A program made the translations under genes and the position numbers. From contig NC_068982.1 of assembly GCF_001194135.2 (NCBI RefSeq), forward strand, positions 168,570,919 through 168,634,918: a stretch of 64,000 nucleotides of DNA, written 5' to 3'. The notes beneath the pieces are model-generated. The model had not been told where the DNA came from. It worked only from the letters and a program-made list of their open reading frames with translations, and ran no database searches. The stretch comes from Octopus bimaculoides (lineage: Eukaryota). Numbering within the stretch: the first letter of the stretch is position 1; the number at the start of each line of letters is the position of its first letter. Positions 25,071-37,600 of this stretch are shown in pieces.

Positions 25071-25449
25071 AGAAAACAATTATAAAATCCTCACTACAGG
25101 ACGACAAAAGTTGCCTAGGAAAAGAGAGCAAGCGGAAATAAGAATAATCGTAAAGATAAGGAAAAACAGAAAGTTGGGAAAAAGCTAAAACAAAAAAAAA
25201 AATTATAAAATGGCAATACAAGATTTCATATAAAAGCAATTGCAAAAACACCCTTTTTTTTATTCGTTAGTTGAAGAGAAATAGACAGGGCTAATGGGCT
25301 TTGTAATCTTCGCGTATATTGGTGCGATTGATGCTATGAACCTGTCGTTCAAACTGTTGCAAAATAATGAATGCATGAAAATCATATGCATCGTGTGAAT
25401 TCAAGAATGTCAGTGTTCTGGGAAGAAAGAACTGAGCGTTGTGGTTAGA

Positions 25450-26420
25450 GCAGGGTCTCGCGATCGATTACAGCATGGGCTATGAGAGGAGAAGAGACTA
25501 GTGAGTCAAAAGTACATGAGTGGAGGTGGCACAATTTAAGCTACCTTCCAGTAAAGATATTATCGCAATGTACCAGAAACGGCAAAGAGTGGATACAGAA
25601 CATGTGCAGTTCAATCCTTCTGCTTCTAACTTCCTTCCTTACATTAAATCTACCATTGCCTTCTTTCAGTTTCTTCGTCACGTCGCCATTGTAGTGAAAG
25701 CTCTAATTCTGTGATTAATTCAAATCAAAAGTTTTACTTCTTTCACGCTTGGTGTACCTTCAATTCGCTCCAGTCACAGTTTTTTTGCTGTTTCACACCA
25801 CCACCTTTCTAACCTACACTCGACCGTCAGACAACTGCATTGTTTTCTCACATTCCAATCTCTTTGAATCTTCACTCCTCTCTTCCCAACGTAACAACTT
25901 ACGTGATCCTCTAATCAAGAGCTCTTCAATTCACAACTACGCCAACCTGGAATCTCTGCATTCTCCTGCGTCCTATAAAATATTTACCCATTCATCTCTA
26001 ACACTTCTGTTCCACGTGTCACCAAGTCTCCTCACGAAATCTTCGATCAACTTCGGTTTCATTGCCTGCAAATTGGATTTACTACATTGTATGCCAGTCA
26101 GTTCAGTGCCCTTAATATGCATCAAACTGGTCACCACCTGAATGATGTCTTCCATAAACACCTACCGAAGTTTGCAATATTGCAACTAGCATCAAGAAAC
26201 CATTTCAACTCTACTGACAATTCTTCCCATCAACTCTATCTTTAGTGACCACCGATTTCTAGATTCTTTTCTGACTTTTCCCGCATCTATCATACTTGTC
26301 GCCGGTTCCTGGAATTTTCCGTAGCGAATATGTAAGGCTCCTAATAAGGCATAGATTCTCCTTAAATGCCCAATTTATATTATCATCAAAATCGACAATA
26401 GTTCTGCAAATTCAACGATG
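25450..26420 (-). mobile_element. Decayed APE-type (RTE-like) LINE remnant
   Basis: Minus-strand fragments resembling APE endonuclease (GDEFIVEFAEL, LTYS) and RT (VL.PL.F); many lesions. Confidence 0.45.
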
Positions 26421-26699
26421 AATTCGTCTCCAAATCAAAACAATTTTGTCAAAACGTGTAAATAGAATCCTCTGCAGCACCAACAATAGAACCAGATTTT
26501 GGAGGAAATCTTATGGACTACCATGTGCTAAGGGATATTCTTTATATAGTTGTTGTAACGTAATTCCAAAATATTAAAATCAAGAAACAATGGAATAATA
26601 CAGGAAGAAATCAAGAATTGACCTTACTGTTACAGATTCTGAAAAATTGGTTAACATGTTGAAATATAAATCAATAATCTACTAAAAGCTCCATAATCA

Positions 26700-27688
26700 A
26701 CGCCTCAGTAACCCATTGGAGAAATAAAAACTGCACTACTCCAGAGGAGCAGAAAGGATTATGTAAAGTTCATATGAGTATAAATGTCATTAATTGAACC
26801 ATAACGCAAAATTGTATGACAAGAAAGAATGGTCTCAGCTTAACATAGATTCATTGCCAAAGGATTTCCAACAGCTTCTCCCTCGTTGATCCCGGAAAAT
26901 TAGGAAAGAAGCTGGAATAACAAGCAGACACCTCAAAGTTGATATTAAGAAATGTATAAGAATTTTACAGATCAAAACAAAAGTATTCCCTGTCATATAA
27001 GAAATATTTCAAGATGCTTACATTCACCTTATATATATTAACAGATTTAAGCAACATACTAAGCCAGATAGAATTAGAATATGTGTGTTATAGAATCACA
27101 AAGTAAACATCCTCTGCACAAAGACGGACTCAAGTCGGGTGGCTCAGATGATAAATAACTAGAAACCCTGTTCCATATACAACAAAGATTTGCTTGAGAA
27201 ATTGGCATTAAATTCAATTCGGAAAATAGAAGCCAACCAGTAATATGAACTTAAAGAAACAGATAACCGAATTAAATCCAAGACAGACTTTAAAATACTT
27301 AGGAACTAATTAACTTGACACAATCGAATTAAGGAAATAGTTAAGAATGAATATTATAGACGCAAAAGATTAATATTTAAAACTGGAATAATTGCCAAAA
27401 ATAAGGTAGTAGATATCAATACCTTAGATTTTCCCGTTAGGAATTAGAGCTGTAACATTCTCAACTAGAATATATTAGACAGATAGGAAAATAATGACTT
27501 CATTGAGAATGCAGCACCAAAATCCGACGCAGAAAGATTATTATTATTATTATAATTATTATTATACATTCCCCACATATACAGACATACACGGATGCAC
27601 ACATACATACACACACACGTACATATAAATACATATGCATAAACACCCTAGAATATATATATATATATACATACATATATATATATAC

Positions 27689-27760
<72 letters not shown>

Positions 27761-28130
27761 ACGTAATGTATGTTTGTACGTACGTATATAAATTACAAAT
27801 AGATAAAACAAAACAGTTTTATATCTTCAGGGAAGACAACAAACATGAAACAGAAGCTGCGATAACAGAAAATAATGATGAGAAACAAGAAAATAAAATA
27901 TCAAAAGAAAAAAAAACAAAAATAGAAATTGAACAATAAAATGTTGCTAATGCATTGGCAAGGAAAGCTCTCAACACTAATGTCTGACAAGACTTGGCAA
28001 GGTGGAACTGAATAAAGAGAAAGCCGATCACTGATTGAAATGTAAGGGTATCAATGGAGAGATCAAAAACTGTCTGCAAATAACACAACCGAAGACTTAC
28101 CACCAAAAGCGAAAAAAAAGACTCCCTCAT
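26700..28130 (+). mobile_element. Decayed R4/Dong-like LINE RT region split by microsatellites
   Basis: EEQKG motif at about 26745, degenerate NHLL.MDDLK at about 27105, AKNKVVDINT at about 27395, and a W.GK.L-like segment at about 27955. Confidence 0.6.
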
Positions 28131-28455
28131 TCCAACACGCACATACATACAAAAACAGTTATATTAATTAATATAAATACGTATCTCTGCCAAATCGAGA
28201 ACACCATGCACACACATGCAAAGGGCACCGAGTTGCACGGCAAGTTGTCGATTGCAGAGTTAGCCCAAATCTAGTTGGAAAGTCGACTCTGATACGATTG
28301 AACTCAGATATTAAAAGAAACATTTAGTCCAGCCCTCCGCTTTTACACCGACCAGCGCTCTGCATCCTCTTGCCCCTTCTCCGCCGTAACCACCTCCTCC
28401 TCTTATCTTACTTCAACTACCACTTGAAATATTGTGGGGAGGGATCTTGCCTAAT

Positions 28456-29095
28456 GCGGCGAGCTGGCAGAATCGTTAGCACGACGGGCGAAATGCTTAG
28501 CGGTATTGCGTCTACCGTTACGTTCTCAGTTCAAATTCCGCCGAGGTCGACTTAGCCTTTCATCCTTTCGGGGTCGATAAATTAAGTACCAGTTACGCAC
28601 TGGGGTCGACGTAATCGACTTAATCCGTTTGTCTGTCCTTGGTTGTCCCCTCTATGTTTAGCCCCTTGTGGGCAATAAAGAAATAAGAATCGTTAGCACG
28701 ACGGGCGAAATGCTTAGCGGTATTTCATCTGCCGTTACGTTCTGAGTTCAAATTCCGCCGAGGTCGACTTTGCCTTTCATCCTTTCGGGGTCGATAAATT
28801 AAGTACCAGTTACGCACTGGGGTCGATGTAATTGACTTAATCCCTTTGTCTGTCCTTGTTTGTCCCCCCCCCCCTATGTTTAGCCCCTTGTGAGCAATAA
28901 AGAAATAAAAATCGTTAGCACGCTAGACAAAATGCTTAGCGCTATTTCACCCGGCGCAACATTGTGAGTTCAAATTCCACCCAGGTCGACTTTGCATTTC
29001 ATCCTTTCGGGGTCGATAAATTAAATACCAGTAAATCACTGAGGTCGATGTAATCGATTATCCCCCTCCTCAAATTTCAGGCCTTGAGCCTATAT
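28456..29095 (+). mobile_element. SINE family A tandem trimer
   Basis: Two long-tailed units ending gcaataaagaaataa, each joined directly to (g/a)aatcgttagcacg of the next unit (junctions about 28687 and 28908); third unit has a different short tail. Confidence 0.92.
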
Positions 29096-29107
29096 TAAAA
29101 AGAGAGA

Positions 29108-29515
29108 GGTCTTGCCCATTACATCGACCCCAGTACTTGAATGGTACTTATTTCATCGACGCCAAAAGGATGAAAGACAAAGTTGATCCCGGTGGGATTT
29201 GATCTCAGAACGTAAAGACAGAGGAAATGCCTCTAAGCATTTTGCTCAGCGTGCTAACGATTCTGCTAGCTTCGCTGCCTTGGTAACTATAATAACTCTT
29301 TCTGCGATAGGAACAAGGTCTGACATTTGGTGGAGGGGTTGGGGGCAAGTCGATTACATCAACGCCAGTATACAACTAGTACTTACTTCGTCGACCCCGA
29401 AAAGATGAAAACCAAAGTTGAACTCAGAGAAATTTGAACTCAGAATGTAAAGACGGACGAAATGTCGCTAAACATTTTGTCTAGCGTGCTAACGATTCTG
29501 CTGGTTCGCAGCTTC
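29108..29515 (-). mobile_element. Two reverse SINE family A copies
   Basis: About 29108-29282 and 29305-29515, both containing gcgtgctaacgattctgct (reverse head). Confidence 0.85.
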
Positions 29516-30311
29516 AGTTACTATCATCATCACCACCATCACCACCAAATAAATAATAATGATATTAATAAAAAAAATTATTAAAATAGTCATAGCAATA
29601 AATATGCGAAAAACAAGGACGACGACGATGATGATGACGACGATAAAAACGATGACGACGACGACTTTTTTTCCACTGCCAAAATAATGTTTACATTGCT
29701 ATTTGATTGCAAATCAGTTCAATATGAAACAAATATATAGAGAGAGAAACTATTATACTTAGAGTAAAAAATTATCACTGTTCATCTGCAAACAGTGTCA
29801 AACTAGTAGACGCTCCCTATAGACTGAACTCGTGTAAAGACGTCTTATTGTCCGAAATCAAAGCAACCAGAATCAAAAATAAATAAATTATTATGCAAAT
29901 ATAGTATAAAATGTTAGAACTATTGTTTAGATCATAGATTTCAGATATAAAACTTGTTATGATAAAATATAAATTATATACGCTATTTAAAGATATATTC
30001 TGTGGTTAATCAAGAAAGGAAATGGAAACTCAACAAATATTACAAAGGCTAAGTTTAAAACACGCTATACAGAACTAGAAGTAAAAGCCATTTGCTGTAT
30101 ACAACAAGCTATCAAGCTCAGGATCATATAATACATTATGAAGCTGTTAGGAGTAAAGTGAAAAGAAAGTAGCAGATATTCTGAAGTTCCACTTTATAGA
30201 ACATATATACATACATATGTGCATGTGTGTGCGAGTGTGTGTGTGTGTGTTGTCTCTNNNNNNNNNNNNNNNNNNNNNNNNNNNNNNNNATATATATATT
30301 CAAAATAATGT

Positions 30312-30360
30312 GGACGCCTCTGATGAGAACCCAATAAGGTTCGAAATTCGATTAAGGTTA
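30312..30360 (+). ncRNA. Minimal type I hammerhead ribozyme motif (Penelope-type)
   Basis: gcct CTGATGA gaacc caataa ggttc GAAA ttcgat TA aggt. Perfect 5-bp stem II and intact core; stem III is one substitution from the palindrome attcgaat. Confidence 0.65.
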
Positions 30361-30689
30361 TTCCTTGTTTTTTCAGAATTTTAAAGAATATTGAAAAAAA
30401 ATTCTAATTTAAAATCAACTGCATTCTCAAGAGAAATTAAGTACCTGGTGCAAAGGGAGAAGAAAATTCAGAAACTCATAGAACCATTATATTGCTAAAA
30501 GTGCAGGCGATGTAAAATTTCTTTTTTTTTTTTTGTTTCTTCTTCTTTGAGGAAGAGACACAGGTGAGGGAGAAATGAAGACGAAGACGGAGTGAAGGAG
30601 AGAGTGAGTCAAGAGGAGAGAGAAAATAGCTAAAGAATATTAGGAACAAAACCTTTGAAGAAATCTTGCAAAGACAGTAAAACATTGGT

Positions 30690-31133
30690 TTCAAATTTTG
30701 GCACAATGCCAGCAATTTGGGGAAAGGGTGTAAAACGATCACACCGACCCCAGCATTTAACTGATACTTATTTTATCAAACCTGAAAGGATAAAAAGCAT
30801 AGATTACCTCGGCGGAATTTGAACCCGGAACGTAAAGAGGGGTGAAATGCCGCTAAGCATTTTGCCCGACGAGCTAACGATTCTGCCAGCTCGTCACCTT
30901 AAGGACAATAAAATATTTGTTTCATTTTTTGTCACAGGCCAGCAATTTCGGGGAAGAGGTTAAGTCGATTACATCGACCCCCAGCATTCAACTGGTATTT
31001 ATTTTGTCGACACCGAAACAGTGAAAGCTAAAGTCGACCTCAGCAGAATTTGAACTCAGAACATAAAGACGGATGAAATGTCGCTGAGCATTTTGTCCCG
31101 TGTGCTAATGATTCTGCAAAGCTGGCTGCCCTA
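30690..31133 (-). mobile_element. Two tandem reverse SINE family A copies
   Basis: About 30690-30900 and 30925-31133. Confidence 0.85.
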
Positions 31134-31849
31134 AGGGCAATAAAATATTGAAGCAATGACTTTTAAAAGCTGGAAAACAGATTGTTGAAAATAAAATTTT
31201 AAAACTGCTTTCAATATTGCCATTCATAGCAGTAGATTTTGTTACCAGACTAAGTTTGATAATAGGTTGGTTGTAATGAAACAGAATTTCACATAGTATA
31301 CATTAAAACAAACACAAATACAATCGAATAAATGACCCCATGCAAATATCATTATAAATAGATCCGCGAATATATATATATATGATATTACATAATATTA
31401 TTTGTAATATAAAACTCGTGTTCGCGTATTGCCATCGCCTAATCGAAAGTCGTAGACATGCGAAGGCTACGACCAGTCATTTTTGTGATAAACCTTACTT
31501 TATTTCCTGCGATGCCTGTGCGCGATGAGCTTTTATAGTAGGGAATGATTTGCAGAAATCCATTCCCACTCTCTGAACATGGACAACATAAACTTGAAAA
31601 GAGCTAGTCTACATCATCGAATATTGTCAGTGTCGCAGGTTTTCTCTCAGACTTTCCCTCTCCTAGAGAGATGTTATGACAATAACAGAGGGGTCTACCA
31701 TTTCCAGTGGGTCAAGTGTACGCCTGGACACCAACCCAGGTATTTCCACGTCCCTGCGCGTACATACATGCATACATACACATATATGTATATGTATGTA
31801 TGCACATATTGTAGGATAGCTGTTGACTACTCATGAGCACTTCCGCTGT

Positions 31850-31990
31850 TTGACAGGTCTTATTTTTCGTCCTGCAGGATGTCCACCCTCTTCACCAAGC
31901 AAACTTGATGGGGTTGCCAGTTTAGTCGCCGACGACCCGACCATACAACAGGTTGTACTGGGTTACAAGTTACCAGTAGCGACCTGACAT
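31850..31990 (-). mobile_element. LINE 5'-end-like repeat fragment (second copy at 23860-23990, + strand)
   Basis: Shared gtcgggtcgtcggcgactaaac..ca..cc..ca...ttg.t.ggtga.gag between the two loci. Confidence 0.55.
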
Positions 31991-32007
31991 AACTCTTTGT
32001 GTGTATG

Positions 32008-32038
<31 letters not shown>

Positions 32039-32142
32039 ATACATATATGTGTGTGTATGTATGTAAGTATGTATGTATACTCATGTGTGATGTTTTTTAT
32101 TGCCCACAAGGGGCCAACATAGAGGGAATACTCATGTGTGTG

Positions 32143-32175
<33 letters not shown>

Positions 32176-32180
32176 ATTTT

Positions 32181-32247
<67 letters not shown>

Positions 32248-32736
32248 TGCAGCAGTATGACCGCACCCGAATGGCTGAACATAATAACAGAATACGTACA
32301 AGTATACATATATAGAGAGCTATAATTATCAACTAATGAAACATAATACATCTTAAAACACAAGTTTCAATTCTAAAATGTGGACATGTGGACGCATATA
32401 TATACACATTGAAGTATAAAACACCAGTACCAAGGTTTATATTCTGAGAATTACATGAAATGCACAGAAAATATACACGTTATAAAAAACTAAATTACTC
32501 GTAAAATACGTGATATATGAGCATCCATAAATAAACTCTAGCCACTTCAAAGCGTATAATTATATTAACATACACAAATCTATGCAGTACAAAGTAAACC
32601 TAAAATTATATACATCCATAAATCAAAACTACAAGAAATGGAGACATCTATGCATGTTTATAATTTAGCGATCTAAGCCAGTACAATTACTGTCGTACAG
32701 TAGAAAGTAAACCTGAAAAATTATATATATCATTGG

Positions 32737-32744
32737 TATAAAAG
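32737..32744 (+). promoter_or_regulatory. Consensus TATA box (TATAAAAG) followed by a GA-rich tract
   Basis: cattggTATAAAAGcagg; motif only, no transcript evidence. Confidence 0.25.
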
Positions 32745-32934
32745 CAGGCAGGATAGGTATAGAGTAAAGTGCGTAAAAACGAGTGAGAGAGCGCGCGAAC
32801 GAGTGAGAGAGAGAGCGAGAGAGATAGAAGAGATCAACATTCAGCGGATTACTGAAAAATCGTTGTTACGGTTATCCGTGACTGTATATGATAGAATAGT
32901 TTACATTCATTTTTTAGAATTATTTCAATATTTG

Positions 32935-33015
32935 CTTGAGGTAGTTATCCCTCCAAGTTTCTTGAGGTAGTTATCCCTCCAAGTTTCTTGAGGTAGTTAT
33001 CCCTCCAAGTTTCTT
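32935..33015. repeat. 26-bp perfect tandem repeat x3 (cttgaggtagttatccctccaagttt)
   Basis: Units 32935-32960, 32961-32986 and 32987-33012. Confidence 0.97.
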
Positions 33016-33926
33016 TATCACAAATGTTAGTTATCAGACATCATTACTAGAGTCCCCGCCGGGCAAAAAGTACATTTGGCTTCTTAAGATTTAGCCATAC
33101 GTAGTAGCAATGCTCATATGCATCAACAAATATAGTCTTAGGTGTAATTTTAACTATTACTGTAACCATCTTTTAACAAAATAATTAAAAGGATCGGTAG
33201 TTGTGTGTGTGTGTGTTCACGGGTGTCTATATGTGTAGTATAGTGTAAATACAATGAATACTGAAAAAAAGACAATATAGAAGGGAGAAGATTTAACAAA
33301 TACAGTCTAAGCAGCACAATATTTCGGACTTTAGCTCTTCATCAAATGAATTAGAAATCATAATGGACGGGATAAAGAATAGACAGTGAAACAGAGAGAA
33401 GCAGATGAGGATTTATGCAGGTGTTCGTGTGTGTGCATACAGAGGGAGAGAGAGACAAAACAAAAACAAACACACACACACTCACATATGTATATATATA
33501 TATATATATATATANNNNNNNNNNNNNNNNNNNNNNNNNNNNNNNNNNNNNNNNNNNNNNNNNNNNNNNNNNNNNNNNNNNNNNNNNNNNNNNNNNNNNN
33601 NNNNNNNNNNNNNNNNNNNNNNNNNNNNNNNNNNNNNNNNNNNNNNNNNNNNNNNNNNNNNNNNNNNNNNNNNNNNNNNNNNNNNNNNNNNNNNNNNNNN
33701 NNNNNNNNNNNNNNNNNNNNNNNNNNNNNNNNNNNNNNNNNNNNNNNNNNNNNNNNNNNNNNNNNNNNNNNNNNNNNNNNNNNNNNNNNNNNNNNNNNNN
33801 NNNNNNNNNNNNNNNNNNNNNNNNNNNNNNNNNNNNNNNNNNNNNNNNNNNNNNNNNNNNNNNNNNNNNNNNNNNNNNNNNNNNNNNNNNNNNNNNNNNN
33901 NNNNNNNNNNNNNNNNNNNNNNNNNN

Positions 33927-33971
<45 letters not shown>

Positions 33972-34039
33972 CATACAGAGAGAGAGAGAGAGAGAGAAAG
34001 AAAGAGAGAGAGAAGAGGGAGTGAGAGAGAGTAGATCTG

Positions 34040-34680
34040 AAATTTACACTCGTCTAAGGAAGGCTCTAGTAAGTGGAAAATGTGATGACTCATTTGCATA
34101 TAACTACAAAAATGTATATTAGGCTGCTTAAATGATTGGTTGCTTAAACCTTACGACACTGCTGTCATGGCGAGTCAGCATAATAATGTTCAGGTTGGAG
34201 TTAAAGTGGGAGTACCAGAATTAATTATTTTTTTCCACTGTTATGTTCATAAACTGAATCTCGATTTAAGTGAAAATGTCTCCCAAATTTTTTAATCCAA
34301 CATATTTTTCTCTATTTTAAAGGCTTCACAAGACAAACGCCTTTGTTTGATATATCTGTAGGTAAACGCTTCTCCAACAATCTTGCACCAACACGATAGA
34401 CATATAATTTTTAATTGGTTGCAACTATTAGAGAGAAGATAGAAGACATATATAATCCTTTTGATGCTATTCTGTAAAATGAGAACAAAAATGAATCGAG
34501 AAGCTTTCCAGAAGACCTCTGGAAATATTCGACTTCAATTTTTTATTAATTCTTGCATTTTTTTCATTTACTGAGCATCTTTCTAAGATGTTGCAAGCAA
34601 AAGCTATTGATACAGTTTTTAGTTGTATTACTGCTAAAAGAATTGCTACCATTTTTTTTTTAATTAGGAAATCTAAATTT
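34040..34680 (+). pseudogene. hAT-superfamily transposase remnant
   Basis: YDTAVMASQHNNVQVGVK..FFHCYVHKLNL (hAT CxxH motif); VGKRF..APTR*.YN; FDFNFLL..FTEHLSKMLQAK. Confidence 0.8.
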
Positions 34681-35867
34681 GATGACACTTGAAATTTGAT
34701 GGAAGGAAAATGACTCCCTTCTAGGAAAATAACGAATCTTTAACATTACGAACGTGATAGAAAACTTTTCTCTGAAATATTTGATAAATAGCTGTTTTTC
34801 CGGGTTTCACTTGGGCAGTGTGGTGGATTTGGTTAAAGGCTATTTCCTATGTATATTTTGAATAATAAAAAGAACTAAAAATAAAAATCTTTTAAAAATT
34901 CCAAAACCAAAGAAAAAGTAAGAACAACCCCAAAACAATACGATGCTAAGGATTTTGCGGGTCGATATTGTAAAACTAACTTCACGTGTGTACCCNNNNN
35001 NNNNNNNNNNNNNNNNNNNNNNNNNNNNNNNNNNNNNNNNNNNNNNNNNNNNNNNNNNNNNNNNNNNNNNNNNNNNNNNNNNNNNNNNNNNNNNNNNNNN
35101 NNNNNNNNNNNNNNNNNNNNNNNNNNNNNNNNNNNNNNNNNNNNNNNNNNNNNNNNNNNNNNNNNNNNNNNNNNNNNNNNNNNNNNNNNNNNNNNNNNNN
35201 NNNNNNNNNNNNNNNNNNNNNNNNNNNNNNNNNNNNNNNNNNNNNNNNNNNNNNNNNNNNNNGTAAGCTATAGTTTTATTTTTTTCTGTGCCTCTGATTA
35301 AAATTTTTGAAAAACAAACCCAGCCACATTACTTGGAAAAAAATAATCTTTATTATGCTGGTTTTTCGTAAAATTTCGCGCATGGGAAATGCAACAAAAT
35401 CGCCCCTCTCCACTTTGAATGGGATATTCCTATCTTAAAAAGTAATAATCGATTATCTCGGTAACCATGGGAGTTGGAGGGCAATAAAAATCCCCTGAAC
35501 ATGAGCGGACCATGCTGCCGCTCTGTGCTGAATTTCACGCGATTCCACTACACCGTTGTCGAGTGAATCTGCCGACACTCAATCAATCAATCAATCAAGC
35601 AAGCAATCAAGAACACTGCAGTTTATAGTATAGATGATATTTTCCAGATGAAAGAGCGACTAAAATCAATGATAAATTTAGAGTTTATGTTACAAAGGTT
35701 TGTTACATGATAATACTAAGCTGTGAGAACCTTCCAATCCCTCAAAATAAATTATTGTCCATTTTTTTAATATTTTGCCCGTCTTAGATCGAAATTAACT
35801 GTGTTATATTCTTGTAATGTTTTCACCAAAATGAATATAGAAGATCTCCAACAATATCTGTTAGCTA

Positions 35868-36255
35868 CAGGAGTGGTTGTGTAGTAAGAAGCTTGCCTGT
35901 CAAACACATGGTTCCAAGTTCAGTCCCACTGCGTGACACCCTGGGTAAGTGTCTTCTATTATAGCCTCGACCCGACCAAAGCCTTGTGAGCGATTTGATA
36001 GACAGAAACTGAATGAAGCCCGTCGTATATATGTGTGTATGTATTTGTGTGTTTGTGTTTGTCCCCATCCCACCATCGCTTGGCACCGATGTTGGTGTGT
36101 TTGCGTCCCCGTAACTTAGCAGTACGGCAAAAGAGACCCATAGAATAAGTACTAGGCTTACAAAGACTAAGTCCTGGTGTCGATTTGTTCGACTAAAGAC
36201 GCTGCTCCAGCATGGCCGCAGTCAAATGACTGAAACAAGTAAACGAATAAAAGAA
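35868..36255 (+). mobile_element. SINE family B (tRNA head, internal (TG)n, long tail)
   Basis: ggagtggttgtgtagtaag..gttcagtcccactgcgtg..cctgggtaagtgtcttc..tail ccagcatggccgcagtcaaatgactgaaacaagt. Confidence 0.9.
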
Positions 36256-37323
36256 TATGAAATGTTCGTACTCTGTTCCACAAGGACATAAACTGATCCA
36301 TTTAATCTTAACCAGTTTGAACTCCGTCTGTTAAGTGTTCTTTTCCCGAGCTTGAAAGAATAAAAAAACTACTCTGCGTAATATTCAAAGACAAGAAAGA
36401 AAGACAAGCCATGTGGTATTCTCAATTGAAAAAATTAACGAGAACCAGGAAGGTTTTTTTATTTCCTTGTCGCGGAAGAGTTTTACCGATAGACTTGCAG
36501 CGTAGTGTTTTAATTCAAGTAAATTATTATACTGAATTTTGTTAGATAAGCGTGTTTTATGTGCATTTAACTAGCAAAGCCATTGCAAATTAGTGCAAGG
36601 TGCGGTATGTTTACTTCAAGATATAAAATTGAACGTAAATAACAAATTTAATTTTCATATAGCTATTTAATTTTCATAAGCAATCGCTTGTAAAAAGAGA
36701 TATACATGCTGTATGTACACAACATAAATTATATCGTTCAAAACTTTTTAATTATATGCTCTGACATAACTACTAGGAATTGCCACTAAGATATGCATGC
36801 ATATCGAAGTTTAAATACAAAATAAATTTAGTATAAGGTCACAGAGTGCAGCAGAAAATGACAGAAAATAGAGTATCATATATTCTGCAATTCACATATG
36901 CGCGTTTCAGATTTCTTGGTTATTTCAGAATTCTGCCTGAAGAATACATGCACATTAATCGATCCCATATTTCATCGACTAAGATTCTACAATTTGACAA
37001 GTGGGATTTAGGAAACAAAACATCATATTACATTTCTATCTCCATCTGGTTAATCCTATTGCTAAGCAGGTCTGCTGAAATACCTCCCTTACACATTATA
37101 CAGGTCAATTCCTAAAATGTTTTCTATACTAAACAGTGTGATATATCTTTGAAAACTGTGGGATGGTATTCGATTTCCCTATCTCTGTAGAATCTTTGTC
37201 GATCAAATTTCTAATTGACTAATCAGCATATTCACTTCATCGCAGAATCTTGGAAAACCAACTTATCTGAAACGCGCTTAATGCATAATACTGTATTATT
37301 TGTGCCTTTTCACACACACACGT

Positions 37324-37366
<43 letters not shown>

Positions 37367-37410
37367 CATACATATGTACGTATATATATATATATATATA
37401 NNNNNNNNNN

Positions 37411-37463
<53 letters not shown>

Positions 37464-37600
37464 ATATTTATAGATATATATGTATATGTATGCATACACA
37501 TATATGCATTATATATATATATATATATAGTTGCGTCTTAATATCTAACACACTCTCCGGTTCAATTTCCATTTATTTATTTATTTATTTTCTGTCTTCC

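Noticed and set aside
19873-33015. Tandem arrays (108-bp x4, 12-bp x8, 26-bp x3) as CRISPR-like arrays
   Set aside because: Units abut with no unique spacers, there are no cas genes, and the context is eukaryotic.
32380-33040. Solo LTR with TG...CA termini around the TATA box
   Set aside because: No matching 4-6 bp TSD for the termini tried and no polyadenylation signal downstream of the TATA.
34700-35580. Possible DNA-transposon/MITE ends flanking the gap
   Set aside because: Looks repeat-like, but I could not pair termini or assign a superfamily across the N run.
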